Positions 57,649 through 64,000 of a stretch of 64,000 bases of DNA are shown piece after piece. The stretch's first letter is position 1; every line of letters begins with the position of its first letter. The notes under the pieces are model-generated. The model was not told the DNA's origin. It saw nothing but the letters and a program-made list of their open reading frames with translations, and ran no database searches. This DNA is from a virus (taxonomy: Duplodnaviria; Heunggongvirae; Uroviricota; Caudoviricetes): the IMG/VR virus record IMGVR_UViG_3300034157_000066; one strand, 5' to 3'. Made by a program: the position numbers and the translations under genes.

Positions 57649-58674
57649 ATGATCCTAATCCCAGAAGACTTGTCCAGACAAGCATTGACTCGACTGACTA
57701 CTCATGTTCGGTCTTTGATGGGGCGTCTGAAACGTAATTATCCACAACTGACTTTTGATATTCTCGAAAAAGAGATTGTTGCTCGCATTAAAGCGACGGC
57801 CAGCGATGGCTTTTCTTATTGCGAAGTAACCGGCTTTAAATTGAATGATATGGGTAATGTGTTTATTATTCCTATCAACCCCAATGCAACCACTACTGTA
57901 ACTATTAATCAGTTGCTTATTGTTCATCAGCAAACCATTGATTGTTGGTTTGAACTTCATAAGATCTTGAAAGAAACACCCTCATTTCTGGCCTTGGATG
58001 ATTTTAAATCCCAACTTAGTTTGGTTCAAAAAACCATTCGTGGGAAAAGCAAAGAAAAAAGCCTGTCACCAAAGACCGTAAACCATACCCCTTTGCTTGA
58101 ACGAGCTTTGATTACACCAGAACGCATTATCAACTTCAATAATCGTCTAGCAACATTGGAGATAAATACAGGCCCAATCTTTAAACCATCGGCTCACGTT
58201 CGTAAAGTTTCATTCTATTCAGACCGGGCCATTCTTCGCAAAATTGAAATGTGCAAAGAGCGTTCCAAAAACAAAGGTTTTACCAGCGATCTCACTTTTG
58301 AGAACTCTAAGCACCTATTTAGCGTCACTCACTGTCAATTGACGGGTTTGCCGTTAGTTAAGGCCACTAAAACACAGGAAGACAATCCATTTGGTTTCTC
58401 GATTGACCGCATCAATCGTTTCGAAGGTTATAATGTCTCCAATCTGTTGATTGTGGCTCATGAAGTCAACAAGATAAAATCCAAACTGGAATGGTCGAAC
58501 TATACCGAAAGTGTTGAAAACCTTCGTGAGATCTTGACCAACACCAAGGATATGATGCTGAAACGTCATGCACATGACAATTTGCACAATCGACAGAAGC
58601 CGCTACCCATTGATACCATTATCAGTAACTATCTTGCGAAATCTGAAAACCACAAGAAATTCGTCTTCAATTAA
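57649..58674 (+). CDS. HNH/His-Me-finger endonuclease-like protein
   Basis: CQLTG..FSIDRIN..GY..SN.LIV..VN.IK. Confidence 0.65.
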   Translation: MILIPEDLSRQALTRLTTHVRSLMGRLKRNYPQLTFDILEKEIVARIKATASDGFSYCEVTGFKLNDMGNVFIIPINPNATTTVTINQLLIVHQQTIDCWFELHKILKETPSFLALDDFKSQLSLVQKTIRGKSKEKSLSPKTVNHTPLLERALITPERIINFNNRLATLEINTGPIFKPSAHVRKVSFYSDRAILRKIEMCKERSKNKGFTSDLTFENSKHLFSVTHCQLTGLPLVKATKTQEDNPFGFSIDRINRFEGYNVSNLLIVAHEVNKIKSKLEWSNYTESVENLREILTNTKDMMLKRHAHDNLHNRQKPLPIDTIISNYLAKSENHKKFVFN

Positions 58675-58695
58675 ACCTTAATTTCAACGAACGAA

Positions 58696-58732
58696 GATTG
58701 CCAGTCTAATAGAAAACTGTTATACTGGCTTT
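58696..58732 (+). repeat. 37-bp promoter repeat, copy 2
   Basis: TTGCCA-17-TATACT. Confidence 0.9.
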
Positions 58733-58754
58733 TTAATTTCTGGAGGTCATTTTA

Positions 58755-59216
58755 ATGGGTAACTTCTCTTTCATTTCGCAAAACAAACACGAGCCTTTGC
58801 TGAATCCTTGGCATGAACGCACTCTGTGTGAATTGCAGCTCATCTCTGATGGCGTTTTGGTTGAAGTCATGCGTGGTGTCTATACAGGTTATGGTGCGGT
58901 TGATGTCAATGATGAATTTCAACAGATCCTGTTGGTTGATGGTATCTGGACGGATATCACTGAGCAATCAAAGGTAAAAGCCACAGGCACTGATGGCGAC
59001 CTCTGGGTGACTAAATCGTGGGATGATATCAATACTACGATGTATGACAGCACTGTCAACGGCATTGCTGCTTGGCACTTGAATTCTATGACCTCCCGTG
59101 TTCCTTTTGCGACGGCGAAAAGCTTGATGGATGACGATCAGGGTGATCCCAATCATAGTGGCCGTGATAGTGATTGGCATGACGATGAGGACGATGAGAG
59201 CGGTAACTGGCGTTAA
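58755..59216 (+). CDS. acidic hypothetical protein
   Basis: GGAGG SD; D/E-rich tail. Confidence 0.75.
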   Translation: MGNFSFISQNKHEPLLNPWHERTLCELQLISDGVLVEVMRGVYTGYGAVDVNDEFQQILLVDGIWTDITEQSKVKATGTDGDLWVTKSWDDINTTMYDSTVNGIAAWHLNSMTSRVPFATAKSLMDDDQGDPNHSGRDSDWHDDEDDESGNWR

Positions 59217-59289
59217 TCATTTTTAAGTTTTAATCTTGTGGAAGCTTTCCTTGTGTGATAGAATGACCTCACAAATTTGGAGAGTTTCC

Positions 59290-59646
59290 ATGAACAATAA
59301 AATCACTCCTTTTCAGCTTGTGTCCATGATTAAAAGCTTTGGCGGTTCCAATGCCAAGTTTACTGCAGCTCTTGATTCATCTTCAAAACAATATTGCAGA
59401 CAACTCAAAAAGAAAAACCTCAAAATCATTGATGATTGTGTCAAGGAAGAAGCTGTCTTTAATCTTCTGCTTGATCGCATGACATCCACACCTACTGGCT
59501 TTTCGCTGGTCATCGGTCGTAGTGAAAAAAATATACTCGACCGTGCGTTCAAACAATTTCGTGAAGCTATGTTGAATAAGCCAGATTGCGATATTGCCGT
59601 TTATGACAACGCTTATCAGCAATTGTTGATGACCATTAGCGAATAA
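59290..59646 (+). CDS. hypothetical protein
   Basis: GGAG SD. Confidence 0.7.
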   Translation: MNNKITPFQLVSMIKSFGGSNAKFTAALDSSSKQYCRQLKKKNLKIIDDCVKEEAVFNLLLDRMTSTPTGFSLVIGRSEKNILDRAFKQFREAMLNKPDCDIAVYDNAYQQLLMTISE

Positions 59647-59758
59647 TCTCTCTTTTACAATCAAGACCTCATTATTGAGGTTTTTGTTGCTGCAGTTTTA
59701 AAATCTTGATATAATCATTCCATCAAAACCATTCATTTGTGATAGGTGGTAACCTCTT

Positions 59759-60229
59759 ATGCAGTACATCAGAAAGAACCTGCTTTGCATTTTTCTTTTT
59801 TGTGTGGGTGTCGTCATGATTTCGTATGGCGTCAAGCTTTATAACTTTGGTGTTAATTATGAGGAAAAATCAACTCGAAACATCACGCTTGTTGATACCA
59901 GTAGCACTACCTACAAGCAGAAACAAAACACTTTTTACAATACCACTGGTTTCTTTCTCGATGATTTGACTGGCAAACGGTTTCGACTTGCCATTCAAGA
60001 CAAGGTTTATCGTGAATTCGAAGCGGGTGGTAATAAGCCTATCCCTATGCAAAAGGAACTCAGTCAAGAAAACCTTGATAACAATGTTCATGGGGCTATC
60101 TGGAAATTGCTGGGTGTTTTGATGTTTATCGTGGGTAACTTGTTTGTTATTTGGGTATTAGTGAGTAAATTTGTCGAATATAAAGCAAAGTGGCTTCATT
60201 TTGTTAAATTTGGCAAATACCAAGAATAA
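59759..60229 (+). CDS. two-TM protein with central domain
   Basis: TM-soluble-TM. Confidence 0.7.
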   Translation: MQYIRKNLLCIFLFCVGVVMISYGVKLYNFGVNYEEKSTRNITLVDTSSTTYKQKQNTFYNTTGFFLDDLTGKRFRLAIQDKVYREFEAGGNKPIPMQKELSQENLDNNVHGAIWKLLGVLMFIVGNLFVIWVLVSKFVEYKAKWLHFVKFGKYQE

Positions 60230-60268
60230 CCCTTGCAGGTTTATCTGTTTGTTGATAAAATATTGTCT

Positions 60269-60319
60269 TCGAAGCGGCAAAAGGCGAGCATTCAAATAAG
60301 CCTTTCCTTTTGTTTCTGC
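60269..60319 (+). ncRNA. candidate structured 5'-UTR element, copy 1
   Basis: homologous to 61961..62003 with compensatory stem changes. Confidence 0.55.
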
Positions 60320-60340
60320 TCATTACTTGGAAGATAGATT

Positions 60341-61072
60341 ATGAACAATTCCGAAACTCAAGATGAACTTAAAAAAATCCCAAGTTTTGGTCTTGTCGAA
60401 TATTTTTCCAATAATTTCGCTGACTCTTCTTTTGAGTATGGCAGTGATCGATGGGGTATTTGCCGTTATCCATTAGATTCTGCTGGGAAGCGTATTGTTG
60501 AATTGCTTGAATATTGCCCTCATACTTTAGGTTTGAATGGGGGAGCAGCCGATAAATCTGAAACTATTGTGATCTTGACTTCATATAAAGGTGACACTCC
60601 TAATTCGATTTATTTCAAATTCAATCCTGAGATTGTTGATGTTTATTCAAATCATTTCGATGACTTGGATTGTGACAATATTAATGCCTTTGTCAACCGA
60701 CTTATCCAGCATATGGAATTTATTAACAAGGTTAACACTTTTGATAAATTTGAATTATTTAAATGTGCTGACTTCAATGTTTTTTTTAATTTTAAATATG
60801 ATCATACCGTTAATCGTATTTTTCGAGTTGCAAATATCGCCTTTAACCCGATTGCAGGCCATGACAAAAAGGTCGTATGCACCTTCACTAATAATACGTT
60901 AACAACAATGTCCAGCCTGCGAAAAATGGATATGGAATTTTTTAACCGTTACTATAAACACAAAATACAGGAAGCCATTCCTGATCAGAGTTTTGATGAC
61001 CTTCATGCGTTGATTGACATCTCAAATTGGAATGAAAATTTAAAATCGCTTGTAAAGATGGCCTACTATTGA
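60341..61072 (+). CDS. hypothetical protein
   Basis: 243 aa, AT-rich. Confidence 0.75.
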   Translation: MNNSETQDELKKIPSFGLVEYFSNNFADSSFEYGSDRWGICRYPLDSAGKRIVELLEYCPHTLGLNGGAADKSETIVILTSYKGDTPNSIYFKFNPEIVDVYSNHFDDLDCDNINAFVNRLIQHMEFINKVNTFDKFELFKCADFNVFFNFKYDHTVNRIFRVANIAFNPIAGHDKKVVCTFTNNTLTTMSSLRKMDMEFFNRYYKHKIQEAIPDQSFDDLHALIDISNWNENLKSLVKMAYY

Positions 61073-61109
61073 TACAATAAGCTCAACAACAAACACCCGA
61101 GGAAAATAA

Positions 61110-61508
61110 ATGAATCATATTCAAAAATTTAACCGTGCTCTGTTGAAAGCCATTGCTGCCAAAAAAATCGTTGTTGCTGACCGTAACAGTGGTGCTATCC
61201 GTGAAGCTGTCGTCAAGTTCAGCTTTTCCCATGATGGTGTTACCCACTTCTATGCACTGTCGTCTGAGCGGACGGCTCCCGGTCTGGAACTGTTGGGCTA
61301 TGACGCACCGCCTAAGCTCACTCTGTCGGCTTACAATGCGTCCTTCACCAGTGGGGCTAACACTGACTTGCCGGAAGGCGTTGATGTGTCGGCTATCAAA
61401 TACATCGAATCTTACTCTGTTATTTCGGAAGAAGACGCTGCCAAGGCCCGTGAAATCTTGGTAGAAGCGTTTAACCGCTTCAATGTTGAAATGTGCCTTC
61501 CACACTAA
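61110..61508 (+). CDS. hypothetical protein
   Basis: GAGGA SD, terminator. Confidence 0.75.
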   Translation: MNHIQKFNRALLKAIAAKKIVVADRNSGAIREAVVKFSFSHDGVTHFYALSSERTAPGLELLGYDAPPKLTLSAYNASFTSGANTDLPEGVDVSAIKYIESYSVISEEDAAKAREILVEAFNRFNVEMCLPH

Positions 61509-61638
61509 AATATCCACTTTGAACACTGGGGCTTCGGCCCCTTTTTTTGTTTTTAAAATAAATGCTTGATCAAAAAACTCGTTTTTGTTATACTTACCAC
61601 ATCAAACAGATTGTAGTTCTCAAACTTTGAGGTTTATC

Positions 61639-61914
61639 ATGAAAGTTATTATTGCTGGCAATGTGTCTCATGAAATCAAAGTAACTCGAATCAAGCCTAA
61701 GCTGTGGGGTGTTCGTTGCTTTACTAACGGCATACTCAATCAAGAAATCCAAGTTCAATGCAAAGCGGATATCGGGGTTGCAGCGGCTGACATGCTTCGC
61801 TGGGAAGACAAGTGCGGTAATCACTCCGACCAAGCCACCGCCAGCCGTGAGCGTTTTAACAAAGGCCCAAAATGGCGAGCTTACCAACGACCAACTAAAA
61901 AAATCACGGTCTAA
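61639..61914 (+). CDS. hypothetical protein
   Basis: GAGG SD. Confidence 0.7.
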   Translation: MKVIIAGNVSHEIKVTRIKPKLWGVRCFTNGILNQEIQVQCKADIGVAAADMLRWEDKCGNHSDQATASRERFNKGPKWRAYQRPTKKITV

Positions 61915-61960
61915 TTCAAAAAAGCTTGTTTTGGGTTGAGTATTTTAGTATAATGACCCA

Positions 61961-62003
61961 TCGAAGCAGCAAGGGTGAGCATAAGCCTTTCCCTTGCCTC
62001 TGC
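61961..62003 (+). ncRNA. candidate structured 5'-UTR element, copy 2
   Basis: GCAG-CAAGGG..CCCTTG-CCT-CTGC stem just after promoter. Confidence 0.55.
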
Positions 62004-62027
62004 AAACCTCAGCGAATGGAATGACTA

Positions 62028-62576
62028 ATGAATAATCAAAAAAAAGAAACGCCAAGTCAGTTTCGTAAGCGTTTCAAACATTATCAAGGTCACTATGTCC
62101 GCGTTGTGGATATCGATCTTGAACACGTTGAAAAACTCGTCACCAATCATTATGTCGCTTCTGGCATTAGCTGGAATGAGGTTGATATTGCTGTTGATTT
62201 TTTTAATAAACAGCTCAAATCGTTCATTCATAAAAACATGAGTGAAACCAACCATCAGAAAGCGTCTATCAAATCGTTGGATTTTTGGATCTACTACGTT
62301 CCAAACGGCAATGGAAAAGCAGTGGTGACGGTTCAAACTGAAACCATTAAAGATTTCTTGAAACCTGCCTTATATTACGCTGGCATGTCTTACCCTGAAT
62401 ATGGTGATGAGCAAGAAGCTGTCTTGAAACTGGCTACTGATAGCTTTGACCGGAGCTATGCAGACGCCGCTAAGTTCGTTGACGCCGCTCGACTGCATGA
62501 TGAAAACGAAGCCTTGAAACGCCGGGTTGCTTGGCTTGAAAAACAGAACATCGGCATTGATTTTAAAAATATTTGA
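62028..62576 (+). CDS. hypothetical protein
   Basis: 182 aa, C-terminal coiled coil. Confidence 0.75.
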   Translation: MNNQKKETPSQFRKRFKHYQGHYVRVVDIDLEHVEKLVTNHYVASGISWNEVDIAVDFFNKQLKSFIHKNMSETNHQKASIKSLDFWIYYVPNGNGKAVVTVQTETIKDFLKPALYYAGMSYPEYGDEQEAVLKLATDSFDRSYADAAKFVDAARLHDENEALKRRVAWLEKQNIGIDFKNI

Positions 62577-62649
62577 AATAGTGGTTGCCTATAAATCTGT
62601 TTTTTGGTAAAATTATCACATCAAAACAGAAACCCAAAAGGGAAACATC

Positions 62650-63102
62650 ATGGAAACCATCATCAAGTTTGAAGCCGGTAAAACCTATGCAACCCCTTCG
62701 ATTTGTGACTCCCAGATGATGGTGACTGCGACTATCGTAAAACGCACGGCTAAACGTGTAACCTTTCACATGAAAGGCGAAACCAAAACCAAAACAAAAG
62801 GCATCACTATCTATGATGGCAAGGAAGTGTTTTATCCTTGGGGCCAATACAGCATGTGCCCAAGCCTTCATGCTGATGATGTGGTTGAAGAAAAGGCTTC
62901 GACCCCAGACCCGATTGAATCCAAGGTGCTGTTTGAAAGTGGCGAAACACTGGCCGACTTGTTCGAAGAAGGTAAAGAATTGTTCTCGCAAGAGCAAATC
63001 GACGGTATTAAATCTGCTTTGGCTGGCCTGTTGTTTGGCGAAGCTTGCACACCAGAACGCCCAACCGCAAAAATCTACAACATGGCCGATTACCGCCGTT
63101 AA
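62650..63102 (+). CDS. hypothetical protein
   Basis: FEAGKTY..SICD..KRTAKRVT..G.YSM.P.L.A. Confidence 0.75.
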   Translation: METIIKFEAGKTYATPSICDSQMMVTATIVKRTAKRVTFHMKGETKTKTKGITIYDGKEVFYPWGQYSMCPSLHADDVVEEKASTPDPIESKVLFESGETLADLFEEGKELFSQEQIDGIKSALAGLLFGEACTPERPTAKIYNMADYRR

Positions 63103-63185
63103 TTCGGTGGTTTTGCCGAAAATTGTTGTTTTTGTATGGGTGGTTTGGTATAATCACCCTACTCACTTCTTCCAAGGCGAACATC

Positions 63186-63656
63186 ATGAACAACGATCAT
63201 AACTGCGAAACAGACACCAAACTTTTTCAGTTTCGTTTTCACAATGTCTATATGGGTGAGGTTTGGGCCGCAGATTACTCTTCTGCACTTACGAAAGCCC
63301 AGAGCCTTTATCCAGATGCCCCTAAACATCTTTTTGAAATGAAGTTTGTTGCCAACCTTTACCCCGTTCAAAAACTGACCATCAACGATATTCGTGCCGC
63401 TCTGGATGCCCGTCAGGTGCCTTATCAAGATCCCGGCAGTGATGAACACCAGTTGATCTTGCGTGGCACCGCTGACATCATCGAAGGTGGCTATGGTCAC
63501 GGTGAAGACCGCTGGGAACTCTATATTCGTGCTACCGAAGACAAAGAAAGCCAGTTGTTCATGTTTAAAGATATTGCAGAGTTGTTGACTCATCTGGACA
63601 CGGCTTATGTTCAGCAACCTTATGATGAGTGGAGTGCTCAACCGCTTTCCGCTTAA
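63186..63656 (+). CDS. hypothetical protein
   Basis: AAGG SD, hairpin promoter, terminator. Confidence 0.7.
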   Translation: MNNDHNCETDTKLFQFRFHNVYMGEVWAADYSSALTKAQSLYPDAPKHLFEMKFVANLYPVQKLTINDIRAALDARQVPYQDPGSDEHQLILRGTADIIEGGYGHGEDRWELYIRATEDKESQLFMFKDIAELLTHLDTAYVQQPYDEWSAQPLSA

Positions 63657-63767
63657 ATCAACCCCCTTTCCCAACTTACCCGCCTAATGCGGGTTTTTTT
63701 ATTAACAAAATATTGTATTTATGACGTGTATCCTGTATAATCCGGCTCAACTATGAGGTGAATTATT

Positions 63768-64000
63768 ATGTCCGAAATTAATACTAAAAACATTGTTGAA
63801 CTGGAACAGGCTTTTAATCGTGTGATGTCAAAATGGAACTTAGTTGTCTTAGATGGCATTGTAGGTTCACGCTTGAAGCTTGAAGACGGTTTGCCTTGGT
63901 TTGAAGTCTATGGCTCTCTGGCGAAGGTTAAAGCAAAAGAAGTGGTGCAGGATCTCGCCAATGAAATGAATATCAAAGTGCTCTTAAATCGTTCAGAATC
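63768..64000 (+). CDS. hypothetical protein (3'-truncated by window)
   Basis: GAGGTG SD, open to window end. Confidence 0.65.
   Translation, partial: MSEINTKNIVELEQAFNRVMSKWNLVVLDGIVGSRLKLEDGLPWFEVYGSLAKVKAKEVVQDLANEMNIKVLLNRSE

Noticed and set aside
6768-60229. Two-TM proteins 6768, 21908 and 59759 as one family
   Set aside because: Shared topology only; no convincing sequence motif by eye
60269-60319. Assignment to a known riboswitch (c-di-GMP, SAM, preQ1, fluoride, guanidine)
   Set aside because: Diagnostic consensus nucleotides not found by eye; kept as an unassigned candidate
104-63674. Numerous overlapping or antisense ORFs in the six-frame track (e.g. 2451..2873, 17353..18186, 53359..54069, 63159..63674)
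   Set aside because: Shadow frames of better-supported genes; no SD, promoter or motifs
1-64000. Definitive call of phage versus plasmid, or of host genus
   Set aside because: No capsid, terminase, polymerase, rep, relaxase or T4SS gene in the window

Overview
AT-rich window (estimated 35-40% GC, not computed) with about 130 mostly short, mostly + strand ORFs. Nearly every gene has its own sigma70-like promoter (TTGNNN-N17-TATAAT, often extended -10) and a GC hairpin/T-run terminator. There are no virion structural, replication or conjugation-core genes. The architecture and cargo fit the early/accessory region of a very large proteobacterial phage or phage-like megaplasmid; the window alone cannot distinguish these. 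Recognisable cargo: thymidine kinase, KptA/Tpt1, Nudix hydrolase, SLOG protein, PTH2-like protein, SleB-type hydrolase, YkgJ, GNAT, SAM methyltransferase, HNH-like nuclease and tRNA-Leu(UAA). Interspersed is a more AT-rich class of exported proteins: six type IV pilin-like genes scattered over 46 kb (two are PilV-like adhesins with a shared body and different tips) and four paralogous secreted proteins. Other notable signals: three copies of a 43-aa basic peptide cassette (one apparently co-transcribed with the tRNA and a 109-bp-spaced repeat); promoters embedded in covarying hairpins; genes bracketed by near-identical terminator/promoter direct repeats; and a covarying 5'-UTR RNA motif in two copies. 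All family calls are by eye from motifs; no database searches were run.
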